Origin: Chromera velia | Taxonomy: Eukaryota | Length of the DNA: 49,138 nucleotides | NCBI GenBank assembly: GCA_018398765.1 | Contig: JAHBMJ010000425.1 | Coordinates: 1 to 49,138, forward strand | Direction of reading: 5' to 3' | Part shown: one piece after another, positions 12,342 to 25,301 of the stretch | Numbering within the stretch: position 1 is the first letter of the stretch | Layout: every line of letters begins with the position of its first letter | Position numbers and translations under genes: made by a program | The notes under the pieces: generated by a model | What the model saw: only the letters and a program-made list of their open reading frames with translations | Database searches by the model: none | What the model was told of the DNA's origin: nothing

Positions 12342-13151
12342 TCGTTAAGCGTATAAATGCTGGTACGGTGTTCTGTTTAGAATCTACTCCCAGCAGCACC
12401 CAGCTCGCTTAGTCTTAAATAGAGCAAAGGAAATTCTCTGGAATACTACTATATATAGCAGTATCTAGAAGCTGAACATAGCCAGACAAGTAATGGTTCG
12501 GAGATGAAATTAAGAAAGAGTTGGTCTCTAATGCATCAGCAGCCAGAGTATAAGAAAAAATATAAGAAAATTAATTATAAGGGTCTTGCAAGAAAGCAGA
12601 AAGTTTTGTTATGCTCGGACTGTCAAATTGACAATGGATTTAGAATTTAGGAAACGAATCTCTGGCAACTTAGTACAACTTAGATGCAACTTGGAGATTT
12701 CGGGTAATTTCGTGTTCGAAATGTGTTTGGGGATTTTAGATGTACGTACGTGCGCGTGTTTCTCTGCAAGTATCATGCATGTGTCGCACGCGCGCATTTC
12801 GCGCGAAAAAAAAGCCAGCAAACAAAATGCCTACATGTATGTGCATGATCGAATTAACAGAAGCATGGTCCTCGATCTGTAAGTGGATTTCATCTTCTTT
12901 CAGTTAATTCGACGTCGAGCTCTGTGGGCTCCAATCATTGCTCCATGCATGGATCCTCACAGTCCAACGGTGCATGCCATGACCGCATTGGCCGGTGTTT
13001 TACCAAGTTTTGGCGACACCTGAAGTTCTGCTCTGTTTCAGAGGAGCGACTCAGTAGTTCTAATGATCTTCCTAACGTTGTCTCCTGAACATCGTGTACG
13101 CTCTGGAGGCTGTAAATAATTGTCGAAGTCTTTGCCTGAAGAGTAAAGAAA

Positions 13152-16100
13152 ATGCAGTCCTTCTACCCAGAGGAGGACGAGGACCTGTTCCAGGGCGACT
13201 ACCCGCCTGACTACTTTCAAGAGGGGCAGGCAGAGGCAGGAGTTGAGGGCGATGTCGAAGAGGCATTCGGGGAGGGTGACCAGGAGTCCCTGCCAGATGA
13301 CTTCTCTGCGACCCTCCGGAAACAGCGCGAGGAGACCAAGTATTTCATCGACCGAACTTCCAGGCAGAACTTTTGGGCAGAACCCATGAACAGAAACACA
13401 GGTCAATGCGTGAAGAGCAGTGTATGCATACACATTTGCATGCGCATGTATACACATGTGTTTCTCCGTCTCTTTCTCTCTATATATTTATTCGTGACGG
13501 CATGGGGAGAGGAGAAGAAGAGTGACTTACACCAGTCACTCAGTGGCACCTAAAAAGGATATACGGGTCAGATTGACCCTCCCATGCGCATACATCTGTC
13601 TGTTGTAATGCTTCTTCAAGATTGTCTATTGATGTATATATGCAGGCAAACCCCTGATAGTCCGTCAACGCGTGATCCCTCGGTATGAGATTGTCAGCAG
13701 GGAGGCCGTGCTTCCTGATCTGGTCAGCCAATCGGTACCTATATAAAACTGCTCATTTCCTTCACAAGAAATCGTTCCGTCTATCACATTTTTCCGAGCA
13801 TGTCTGCTGGGGCAGATAACGGGGGCAAAAGAAGACTTAGAAACAGAAAGAGAGGCTAGCTTATGTGACATCTCCAGCTTTTATATCCACATTTATCGTC
13901 AGAATGTTGTCCGCTCGCTCCTCTCGTGCTTTTGCATGCACTTCTCCGTTCTATCCCCTTTTCCATGCCCCCCCCCTCTGTTGATCGTGCAGGGCTGGGA
14001 GAGGAAATCTATGTGGGAGAAGGGACTCATCAGCAGAGTCAGGGCACAGATGGAGAGGGCACACAGAAAAGCAGCAACACCAGCGCACACAACGCTGGTG
14101 TCGTCCCCCTCTGCGACCCCGACCGCCTCTGGCACCAACTCCCGACTGCCCACTGCTCCAGGGAGACACAAGCAAAAAGGCCCCGGCACACCCAGTGCCA
14201 CAGTCCACCACCTCACCCAAATGCCCACAACTGCAGGAGAGACAATGACGGTCTCTCTAGGCACCAGGACCTCTTCAAGAATAGGCAGCCGCCCAGGTAC
14301 CAGAAGCTCCGCCCACCCAGGACTCCTATCAAGACCCCGCACGTCTCTGCAGACACGAGGGGGTATGGAAACGGCTTACAGAAGTCCCATCGTGCCTCCT
14401 CCCCTGTGTTACACATCCTCGGATCCTGTGCGAAAAAATGCAGATGCAGAAGAGGGTGAGAATGAAAGGTCTCCTCCACCTCATACGAGTGATCCGGCAA
14501 AGAGAAATCCTGGCGACTTCCAAGTGCCCCCCTGTGAATGGGGATGGGCCCCCTCTCCCAGTGGGGGTTGTCCCCTGACTGAGTCCTCCTCCCCTATCGA
14601 CTTTTGGTTGACTGCCCCTGGGGAGGGAGAGGGGGACGACGTCAACCATGTGAGAGAAGGGGGGGGGGTGCAAGAGAGGGAAAGGTGTCACACTGCGAGT
14701 GAGCAGGCACGCCGGCGAGAAGGAGAAGAAACTCAAAATGGACAGCAACAGCAAACACAGCAGCAGCAGCAGCGGCAGGGTGGGATTCTGTGGTTCTCTG
14801 CAGATGAATGCAATGAGATAGAGGAGAATGAGGTTGGGGGACTCCTTCAGACCATCTTGGACGCTTCTATCCTCTCCCAGCCTCTAGCTCCTTTGTGTCT
14901 GAATCAGGGAGAGAACGGAGAAAGGGAAGCAGAATTGTCTGATTTGTGCAGTGTCAACCGTCGCAAAGATGAGAGACGGGGAATTCAAGCAGACCTCCAC
15001 TTTCCTGCAACTGCGCTCACTGACCCAGACGCCGCAGCTTTCCTCACTCGCAAAGGGGGTGGCAAGAGGCACAAGCAGCTTTTTGATGAACTTGGCCGCA
15101 GAACTAAAACTAGGGGGCGAGGTCTAGCTTCAGGACATGGAGGCGGGGATGGGACTTCTTCAGTACCCTTGTCCGTTCGAGAAGTTGACATCGGAGGAGG
15201 AGAAGGGGGTTTCGGGGAGTCTGTTTCTTGTCCCGATCTATCCGCAGTATTCTCCCCTCCCCCCTCACCCATGCAGTCCCGACACGGGGAGCTCTCGTCG
15301 CTCCTTCCAGTATCTGCGCGGTCAATGCCGGAGTGCAAGATAGCACAGATCACGTCAGGGGCACAGCAGACATTCAACTACCCCCGCAGAAAAGAGCTCA
15401 TCTTTGGAGACGTCCATTCAGTCTCGTCTCCTGCCTTCCGGGGCCGTCTCCGTGCCGAGCCCTTGGCACGGGAGGAAAGAGATGCATCTGGCAGGACTGT
15501 ACGCATAGTGCCTGGGGCGTCTAGGAGGTTTGAAGAGGCGCTCAGCCTCTCACCGACCGTTGCACGCGCCAAACCCGCCATCGTTCGCATTGACGTCGAA
15601 GCGCGAAAGCGTATGGACAGCCGGATGGGTGTCGAATCCTGCAGGCCCATTTGGGATGGGCTCGCTCGACGAGACACCCTTGAGCTAGAAGCGCAAGACG
15701 ACAATGAAAGCACTGACAAGTGGTTAGAGCTTCGTGCTGCTGAAAAAGAGCTGCACTCATTTCACCCCCTCTTCCGCATTCCTGTAGACACTCAAGTGAA
15801 CCCGGGGTGGAAGAAGATGTTGGCAGACCGGGAGGGGGGGGTGGAAGGATCTCAGGCAGGCAGTGTGCTTTCTTTCGATAAGACTGCAGGTACTGTGAGT
15901 GAGGTTTTGCAGGCAGAGCTCGAGGCCCTCGAAGCAGACCCCCCCCCTCTGTATGACTGGGACGATATCAAGCGCATCAAACTTTCAAAGGATGCAAAGA
16001 AGAGACACACAAACAGCGCAGACACACATGAGGAAACTATCTCGAATTCACAACAAGAAAAAACTTGGGCAGGAGGGGGCATAGGGCCCCGTCGTCTTTC

Positions 16101-17380
16101 CTTCAAGACCAGATTGAGACTGAGAAAGGCAGACCATTATTCCCCTCAGCAGAGGTACGAGCTAAAGTATCAGCGAGACCTGACAGATCGGACACGAGAG
16201 ATGCAACGAAGGCATCCAGAACTTTATCCAGATGAGAAGTTTGACGAGGAGGCGGGTCCCTCTGAGTTTGCTCTTTTTAATCGGATTGTTGAGCCTGAAA
16301 AAGTAGGGAGGAGGGTGAGGAAGCACAGAGGTCCTTTTGACGGTTTGGAAGGTGTGGAGCGAGAAGTTGCGATCACTCGTCAGAAGGTTTTGAGAAAGGT
16401 TCCGGGCGTAGCGGCAGCAGAGAAAGAAAGAGAGAGGGAAGCGGCCGAGCGGGAGATGCTCCAGGCCGCTAGAGGAAGACTGTCGACTTGCGGGAGTACA
16501 ATGGAGTATGGGAGGATGTCTGGGGGTTCTCGTCTGATTCGGGGCTCTGTGGTGAGTCGTGTGAATAATGCAGAAGGAGACGGAGCAGAAGGAGGAGGAG
16601 GAGGAGGAAATACAGCGGGACCTGAATCTTCTTCGGGGTTTATGCCGCCCCGACTGATGAGTCAGGGGTCTCTCCCAGATCTCCCCGACATTTTGAGTCC
16701 CCTCTCCCCCTCTTCAGTTGTGCAGCCACAGAAATCTGGAGAGGGTGGCAGGAGAGGGGAGTTGTCAGCAACTCACGCCAGATGTGGGGGGGATCGACCG
16801 TTCTCTTCGGATATTGGTCAGTGATCAATGGGATCCATGCTTTGACTCGTGTTTTTTCAATGTTGTCTTTTCCCCCTGTTTTTCTTCATGCTTCAACGAA
16901 AGGTGCTGGTTTTATCAGGTAGGATGCCAAGTGAATACCTCCTCAAACTGTTTTTCTCCTCGGTAGACTTTGTTTTTTTTTCAAATTCCAATATGCTCTT
17001 CGTGCAATCTCTTTAGAATCTCTTAACGTTGATCTCAACTTTCCTTCCTCAACTCCCGACCGTGCACGCAGAGAGAAGGGACGAGGGCCCACGAAGGTTT
17101 CCCCTGAATGTGAAAGAAACGCCATTCAAGTTCGAGCCCGTGATGGAAAAATGGCTCTCTCTGGTGAGTCCTGTGCATCAGAGAGATGTGACCAGACAGG
17201 TGCCCTTAGTCCTGTGACGTCACTCAAAGGATGGAAGTGTGCGTACTCAAGTCACAATTTTCTGTCAAGGTCTTTTCGTATCCTTGTTCTCTTTCGTATT
17301 CTTGTTCTCTTTTCGTGTTGCTTCGCCCTCCCTATTCATTTGAGCTTTTGGCTTCCTAGAATGAAACAATAAAAGTGTAA

Positions 17381-17419
<39 letters not shown>

Positions 17420-17420
17420 C

Positions 17421-17452
<32 letters not shown>

Positions 17453-18556
17453 GTGTGTGTGCCCGTGTGTGTGTGCAGGCAGAGAGACACGCGAAAGAGG
17501 ATGCCAGAGGCCGGGAAGGAAGACCAGGAACAGTCAACGCTCCCTTCAATTTGAACAGACCACTGAGACCCGACGCTCCTCTGACCAACGGACGGTTTGA
17601 GCCTCAGACAGCGGATCTTCCGTCTCTGTCTCTGTCCCTTTCCATGTCTCACATGCAGTCCCTGTCGACGTCGTCCCCGTCTCTTCCTCCCCCGCCCCAT
17701 CTTCACGATCCATCCTCCAGAAACGGCCAGAGCCGCTCGCACGCACAGAAACCGGCCTTCCCCATGGCCCTGCACCCAGACGACCAAAACGACGGCCGCA
17801 CTATCAGAGCCTCCCCCAGCCTCCTGAGGCCCCGAACAGTCCTCTCAAAGATCCAGTCAGATCTCCACATCGCCCCTTCTCCCTCGCAACCCCTACCAAT
17901 GTCTCAGACGATTGGAGTCGTTGAGGAGACAGACAAGGCAGACGGGAACATGCAGACCGGTTCTGTTCTACAGGAAGCTGCAGACATGAACAGCCGGTCT
18001 GTCAGTCTCCGTCGGTGTCAGACTCATGAGGGGTCTCTCGCATTTCAGGGACACACCAGAGAAGGGGGCCCTGGCATGCCCCTCCCTCGTTATGATTCCT
18101 TGCATGGGTCCTCTGGGGCCTCTGAGGTCCCTCTCGACTGGCTCCTTGTGGAAGCCGCAGCCCGTCAGAAACCAGGGGGGGAACCTAGAAGGCATACAGG
18201 ACAAAGGGTCAGTCAATGATCGGGAGAAAGTGAATTCAACGTCTGTACGCATCAAAGGCACTTGCTACTGTGGACATGCAAGAAACCATGTGCAGTGCTT
18301 CACATAAAGGCATGATGTGAGGCCACAGACGTACGTTTTTTCAATTGCCTGCATGATTATATTCCATGAGTGTGGAATTCCCCCCCTCGATCACAGAGAG
18401 TTTCAGTAGCCTGCTTTTTCCATTCACGTAAGCAAGCAAAACAGCCGATCTCTGAATCACGCGATCTCTCTGCATGTTTGTCTCTCTGTGTCTCTGTCCG
18501 TCCGTCTGTCTGTCGGTCTGTCTGTCCGTCTGCCAAAAGAAAAAGAAAAGAAAAAG

Positions 18557-18602
<46 letters not shown>

Positions 18603-18970
18603 CCTCCTTCCTTGCACCCATATTTCCATTTATCGATCGATCAATGCAGTGGACGGGGGCGCACCTGAAGAGGACCCTGATGGCACAGACAGAGAGGAGC
18701 AAACGCAAACTGATGCTGCAAAATCGGAGGGCCCTGGTACGCTTAATTCTGACGATCATTTGCAAAGAGTCAAACGTGCACAGAGAGGGACAGAGAGACA
18801 GACAGACAGGCAGACAGACAGACAGACAGGCAGGCAGGCAGGCAGGCAGGCAGACAGGCGTGCAGGCAGACATGGACACGGAACACAATCACTTTTCCAT
18901 ACGTGCGCAAACGGAAGACATGGAAGCCGACAGATTTACGCGTCGGTTAGATACTGATAGCGTCTTCTGA
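13152..18970 (+). CDS. Large low-complexity hypothetical protein (~1387 aa), 7 exons: 13152-13401, 13646-13722, 13993-16816, 17072-17163, 17479-18207, 18650-18736, 18866-18970
   Basis: A 962-aa ORF plus flanking ORFs are joined by six GT-AG introns whose phases all match (4164 nt, open to TGA). No recognisable domain. Confidence 0.7.
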
Positions 18971-19586
18971 TGTTCGCATTTTTTGACAGATGTATCCAGC
19001 GATGTCTACTTTAAGCCTCTCTTCGCTGTAGGTTTTTCTATTGTCTGCCGATATGTGTGATGGATTTTGCTTCATTTCAAGTTGCCCAACTATCAATTGC
19101 AGGACGAGAAGGCGGTCAGGAGGGGGAGGCAGAACGTGATTGACTACGACATTGGCCGAATCCAGGAGACCTTGAAACATTCGAGTAGCTTGAAACCAAG
19201 GCTATTTTAGTTTCACGTTTTGAATGATGTAAAATCAGCGATTTACTTCAGGATTCACTTCGCGTTCAAAACATACATAAAATTTTTGGATAACATAATA
19301 TACAGTTTAATTAATTAATGTTATGCCAGTGGTTATCAACATGTGCGCCATCGCCATATCAGGCTACATGTTTTTGCTTTTGTCAGCCAATTTAAAAGAG
19401 TGGGTTTTTTCAATTTTTTGTGTTAAGCAGGATACTAGTATACCAAATGAAAAAAGTTTAATCCAGGCCTTGATCCATCAAATGCTATAGTGCTTGGCAT
19501 CAAAATTTAAAGCTTTTTGTAAGAATTTATTAATTATTTATCAAAAGTAAACAGAGCTAGAAACAGAGGATTCTACTGAGAGGAAC

Positions 19587-19696
19587 TTGCATGTCATGCC
19601 CCGGCCGTATGCAATTAATTGGCCAGAGCCTATTCACAAGTGTGCTCATTAGTTTAACCTGCCTTAATTCATTCATTCATTCTAGCATTCATTCAC
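19587..19696 (+). mobile_element. Isolated LINE 3'-end/SINE-like remnant with (ATTC)n tail
   Basis: Shares ttgcatgtcatgcccc..ttggccagagccta..gctca..tttaacc plus an ATTC tail with the LINE terminus at 23860-23957. Confidence 0.7.
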
Positions 19697-19839
19697 TAGC
19701 CTCTGGACTAGCCTTTCGCTTCTAGAAAATAGCATGAAAGAAACGTCTATCATACCCTGTAGGTAGCCAGGATTTTGCGGGATTTTAGCCCAGGATTTTA
19801 GCGGATTTTACGGGATTTTGGCCAGGATTTTAGCGGATT

Positions 19840-20913
19840 TTGGCGGATTTTGCCCAGGATCTTACCAAGTACACGTCAGTAAGGAACAAGAAAATAGCGG
19901 TGGGAGGTAGAGAGCTTTCGATCCTGATAGTGAATAGAGGAAGCCTTGTCTCCCGAATCTCTGACAGAATGCTCGACTCCTGGCTTGTCAGACTTTCTCT
20001 CACATGGAAGGCATACATCGTGGTTCTAACGGAGACACACATCCCTACACAGCCTGTAAACACCTCCACACACATAGGTAAAAACTTCAGTCACCAAGAG
20101 TGGTTAAGAAAGAAGGCAGGGCTGGGGTCTTTGCGGGCAGCCAAAGTAAAAGATGTAAACACAGGAGGGGTCTGCATTCTCGTACACAAAAGTCTCTTAA
20201 ACGTTTTAAAACCTTCCTGGGACCTGGTTGGGCCGAACATGGTACGGCGCCTGTCAGTTCAAGTGTTTCTTCAAAAGGAGAGAGGTCAAAGTGATGTGTG
20301 CAAGCTCCATATGTTCGGCTTATATCTCCTTAGGGAAAACTCGAGCGTAAGAGAAAAAGAGAGGCGTACCCTTGAGACAGAACGGATTCAATTTGGCATA
20401 ATCGATACTGTCTGCCAAGTCCCCCTCAATGAACTCAGAATCGTTACGGGGGACTTCAACGGGCACCTGGGAGAAAGGGTGCCGCAAGGCATCACGTGGC
20501 ATCGAAAGTTAGAGCTGGTGGGAGAAAAAGAGGAAAAAGTGATTGAAGGGCTCTCAAGATCGTCTAAATGTAGCAGTAAGAGAAACGGGCCAAATAAACA
20601 GGGTAAGTGGGTACTTTTATTTTGCAAAAAATCGAATCTGTTGCCAATCCATGGTCTTTCCATTTGTTGTAAAAAAGAAAACGTGAACGTATCCTTCCTA
20701 GGTCCATGCACTTACTTTTTTGGGGGGTACACGACTGCTATAGATTTCTTCCTGGTTGATCCGTCCTTCTTGAAGGCCTGGAGCTCCTTCGAAGTCCAAA
20801 GGGATACTGACTTCGCCCTTCAGCACTCTTCTGTCTCTTTTTCTTTTTTCTTTGATTCTTCCTTGTCTGACTCCTCCCCTCTTCCCCTGACGTTCCTCAT
20901 GAAGAAGAAATAA
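19840..20913 (+). pseudogene. LINE apurinic-like endonuclease domain ORF fragment
   Basis: ORF 19840..20913 carries the EEP-family motifs ETH, GDFN and ID. Confidence 0.85.
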
Positions 20914-23900
20914 GGATGAACTTTCTCTCTCCACTTCTGAAGGTAAAAAGGGTGGATCCCGTATCTGATGAAGAGCTCGCACCTCTAGCATCAGCGGTTA
21001 AGCAATTCACTAAAAAAGTCTACCCTGGTTTGTGGGAATCTGGCCTTTCAGCACTACAGGGAATGAACCTGTCGCTTCCTTTTATTGCTTCTCCTCCACC
21101 TCCCCCTCCCCCCGAACCCCCTCTTCCTCCTGAACCTCCTCCTTCTGCTTCCTTTTTTTCCCCTACGGGTCCCTCTTGTCAAAAGGTCTGTCTCCTAGAA
21201 CAGCTTGAAAGGTTGGGCCAAACCTGGGAGGAAGTTTTGGCCGCCAGCAAGGTTGGGGAGTCTAAGGACGCGGCGAAGCCTAGAAAGAAAAAGAAAAGGC
21301 AGGCCTTAGCCAGACAACCATGGTGGGACAATGATTGTGCGGTGATGAAGTTAAGGGTAAGAGAGGCAGAAAAACGGGCAAAAAACGCACCAAACCGCTC
21401 GCATCCGGCTTATAAAGAACTATTCAAGGTAAAAAGACAGCAAAAACGCCTCTTTGCATCAAAACAAAGGAAATATCAGCAAGCTCTGGCAGTATGGCTA
21501 GCAAGAGAGGCAGCATACGAACCAGCAAAGATCTGGCAATGGTGCAGGAAGTCCAAAAGCGAGGGAAATGGGGAGGTGAAACCGTTTGCTAATTTTTTTT
21601 CTCTTTTCTGGGCCCGTGTATTTAAGGGAGACAGACTCCCCCCCGCCCCTGCTAGCCCTGTGTTCCCCCCTCCTTCTTTCCCCGCTTTTTCTCTCCACAT
21701 GGTAGAGGAAACCCTGAAAGGAATAGACATGAATAAGGCTGCCGGTCTTGATGGAATCGCCCCTGAACATCTCGCTCTTTGCTTCAAACACTCAAACCTT
21801 TTTTGCTTTCTCCTCTTTGTCTTCTTTAATTTGTTTCATTCTTTTTCTTTTTGGCCATGTAGATGGAACGTCCTGAGGATTACTTCAGTACCAAAGGGTC
21901 TCCTTTCTCTTGATTGCAATGAATGGAGGCCCATTTATATTGTTGGTCTTCTGGGTAAGGTTTTTGCTCTTTTTATGGACGTCCGCCTTTGTAAAGAGAC
22001 GAGGATCGATGAGAGACAGTTAGGCTTCAGGAGGGGCGTGGAGATACGGGAAGCATTCGCATCCCTCTCTTCTCTCATTCTTCAGTCTACACACAAAAAA
22101 GAACCCCTCATCGCAGCATTTGTAGACTTTTCCAAAGCCTTTGATACACTGCCCAGAGAGAAAATGTTAGAGAGACTGAAGGATGAAGGGGTCAGTCAGG
22201 CAGATATCCACATGATTCATTCTATGTACTATAATGTTGCTGCAAGGGTTGATGGGGGGGACAAATGCTTGTCAGAGGGAGCAGGTGTGAAGCAGGGTGA
22301 TCCTCTTTCTCCTCTTTTTTTTCTCCTGTTTATAAATAATTTACACAAAGCCCTCAGCTCTGAAAATCAACAGCCGAGTGGTAATGAAGGAAGGAGCGCT
22401 TTGAAACCTGTCAAGCTTAAAAGTTTTCAGAACTCTAATAGAGAGTATTGGTTATGCTGATGACCTTGTATTGTTTGCCCACAGCGCTGCAGACCTGCAA
22501 GAGAGACTCTGGCGCCTCGAGGTATACTGCAATGAACACGGACTTATGGTAAACTTAAAGAAAACAAAGATCCTTCGTCTATCCTCCCCTGATCTTTTCA
22601 TTGATCCCGCTTCCCCTTTTGTTTTTAATGGAAGGCTGGTTAAGCATGTTGATAAATACAAATACCTCGGCAACTAGATTTTTGAGGGGGGGGATCTATC
22701 TAAAACTGTGAAAGCAAGAATTGAATCTGCAGAAAAGGCACTGGGGGGTGTGTTTGGATCTTTTTCTTCAATTGGTTTTGTTTCTTCTTTTTCTCGAATT
22801 CAACTGTTCAAAGCTCTTTGGGTGCCCGTTGCAATGTTTGGTCTTGAAGCCCTTCCTCTCAGGCAGTCACTGACAGATGTTCAATACCTCGATGCATTGC
22901 AACTTCGTTTTGTTTGCTGGTCATTTGGTTTGTCCTCTAACTCTTTTTTCTCGCCCTCTCTTCATTCCTTTGGTTTGGAACCCTTTGGCTGTCTGCTTAT
23001 GAAACAGGTAGCCAGCTTCTTTCAGTCTCTCAAATCTATAGAACGCGCCTTGCCCACGGCTGTATGGGAGGCGTGCATCGCTGGTTCTAGTGCCCTTTTT
23101 GTGTCCTCCACCAAACGTCTGGCTATGCCCCTTGACAATTCTCTCCTTGAAGACACGAATGAGCCACGCCAAGAAAAACCAAAAAAGAAGGGGAAATATA
23201 AACAAAAAGAGACGTGTTGCAAGATCTAGACGAACCAATGGCTTGAGGAATGGGCTAGAAGGCAGGAAGGCAGCAGGAATAGAGATAGAATCTTCTATCC
23301 CCATGCTACCCTCACTGATTTCCAAAGAGATAACCTTTCCAGACAGAGGCTCTCCATGCTCCTCCTAGCAGAAAGGAAATGGCAGTCACGTCCGTCAGAT
23401 ATAGGAAACGATCTGCACATACGCACGCTGTCCCCGTGTCTTCTTAAATCTTCTGCAAACATCCGCCCTCTCCTGAAAGCGATGACGGGTGGTTATGTGC
23501 AGCGGGGGGAGCTAGAAAAGATCTGCTTGGCTTGTTCTGGCAGAAAAGTTTGTGATGAGATCCACTTGCTTACGGAATGTGCGGATATAGAGAGGGAAAG
23601 ATAGAAGCTTGACGAAATTATCAGCAGAATAAAGGAGCGTGCGCCCATTGGGAAACGGGTAGAAATTGCGCAATGGGTGGCTGCCTCTGCTGGTAGAGGA
23701 GTGGGGAAGAACGAAAAGAAAGTCCGAGAGATGATCGCTTTTATTTTGCGTTCTAGCCTCTGGCGGGCATGAGGGCGGTTGAGAAGTGTATAGCCAAATT
23801 GGAGAGAGTTTGCATTGACATGTGTTAATGGATCAATGCGCTAGGTCAACAAACTAACATTGCATGTCATGCCCCGTGGTTGGCCAGAGCCTAAGTAGTG

Positions 23901-23957
23901 GCTCACCGGCTTTAACCGCCTCAATTCAATTCAATTCATTCATTCAATTCATTCATT
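19862..23957 (+). mobile_element. 5'-truncated, inactivated APE-type LINE (endonuclease + RT + CCHC) with (ATTC)n tail
   Basis: APE motifs VVLTETH, GGVCILV, IVTGDFNGH, AIDFFLV. RT motifs KAAGLDGI, WRPI, QLGFRRG, FVDFSKAFD, GVKQGDPLSP, YADD (after a frameshift near 22440), KYKYLG. C-terminal CLAC..DEIHLLTEC. Several stops and frameshifts. Confidence 0.92.
20916..23772 (+). pseudogene. LINE reverse transcriptase, disrupted
   Basis: ORF 20916..22460 plus downstream fragments (GYADDLVLF, 22471..22677, 22708..23229, 23356..23604). Confidence 0.88.
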
Positions 23958-24417
23958 TATAATATTAAAAATATAATCCCTACACCTAGGATTTTAGAAT
24001 CTAAAATCCTGGAAGAAAGCTAAAATCCTAGCCTCTTCCTAGGATTTTATGGGATTATATGGGATTTTACGGGATTATACGGGATTTTACGGGAAAGATA
24101 TAATCCCGTAAAATCCCGTATAATCCCGGCATTCATTTCTAAAATCCTAGGATCCAGGATTTTAGTCTTTATAATCCCTAGAGTCAGGATTTTAGATTCT
24201 AAAATCCTGAAGGAATAGTAAGAAATAGTCCGGCAGAATCCTGGGCAAAATCTGCCTAAATCCGCTAAAATCCTGGCTAAAATCCCATAAAATCCACTAA
24301 AATCCTGGGCTAAAATCCCACAAAATCCTAGTTACCTCAGAACTTACCTGCAGGGTTCTTAAAAATACTTCTAGAAATACTTTTAAAATTATTATTTTTT
24401 AAAGAGTGTTAGATTAT

Positions 24418-24461
<44 letters not shown>
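24418..24461. repeat. (ATCA)n microsatellite
   Basis: Directly visible. Confidence 0.95.
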
Positions 24462-24462
<1 letters not shown>

Positions 24463-24673
24463 ATACACTACGAATAAATTAATTAATTGTTTCAAAATTG
24501 TTGTTTTTTTTTTTTTTTAATAAAAAAGATATTCATGAATCATGAATTATTAATAAAATGCACTAGAAAATGCATGAATTGGTTCAGATTTCAAAACCTT
24601 TGATCCATTCAATTGAATACTCTTTTTTGAATGTGTGACATATCGTGTAGTAACACAGGACTGTATTATAAAG

Positions 24674-24753
24674 ATTGATTGAATTGAATCAGGGCGGTTA
24701 AAGCCGGTGAACCACCACTTAGGCTCTGGCCAACAACGGGGGATGATGTCAAC
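24674..24753 (-). mobile_element. Second isolated LINE 3'-end remnant (minus strand)
   Basis: Reverse complement reads cccgttgttggccagagcctaagtggtggttcaccggctttaaccgccctgattcaattcaatc, nearly identical to 23872-23940. Confidence 0.8.
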
Positions 24754-25301
24754 TTTGAAGATTTGTGAGAGTGTTCAAGTGTTCAAGCCACTGCCAGCAG
24801 TGCCAGGCCAATTGGCGTAGAGTAACGTAGATCTTTGTGCGCGACTTTCTTTGTTTTTGGCTTTTGCCCTGTCCTCATGCCTTCTGTTCTGCACTCAGGT
24901 CCCCAGTAAATCTTGACAGTGAATTTGGCATCCTTTCACCAAACTGCCCGTCACCTTAAATGAATTTGGCACCTCGGTGTACTACGCCCTTCTTTCACTT
25001 CCTCGTTTCTGTACCTTTCTCTCCATCTGGCCAAGCCAGACATATTCCGCTCTCTCTGATGCAGCCTCAGGCTCAGAGGAGCCGCGAGGCTTCTGTTCCA
25101 TTCGGCTTGTTTCTGGTTCAGGATTTCAATTTAATTGTCGAAGAGAACGAATGATTCGATCGGCAGATTCCAGATTTGAAGCAGAGCGGGAGGAAGGGGG
25201 TTGTGCGTTGACAATTAACGCTTCTGTTGTCTTTGCAAGGCTAGGAAATGTGGAATAAAGAAGAGAACCAAACAAGAACGAAAGAAGCTCTTCACTGGAG
25301 C

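Larger units (their letters stand above)
19754..24356. mobile_element. Foldback-type non-autonomous TIR element with GGATTTTA arrays, interrupted by a LINE
   Basis: 19754-19861 is the reverse complement of ~24237-24356 (accctg(t/c)aggta...ggattttagcccagg...gcccaggat). Internal palindromes include a perfect 25-bp IR, 24070-24094 / 24104-24128. TSD not clear. Confidence 0.75.

Noticed and set aside
23860..23930. Self-cleaving ribozyme (hammerhead/twister/pistol) at the LINE end
   Set aside because: Catalytic core consensus sequences were not found by eye on either strand; a simple stem-loop explains it.
19587..23957. Direct repeats around the RT element suggesting LTRs or Penelope pLTRs
   Set aside because: The element is APE-type. 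The upstream copy is diverged, lies outside the foldback TIR and has its own ATTC tail, so it is a separate 3'-end remnant.
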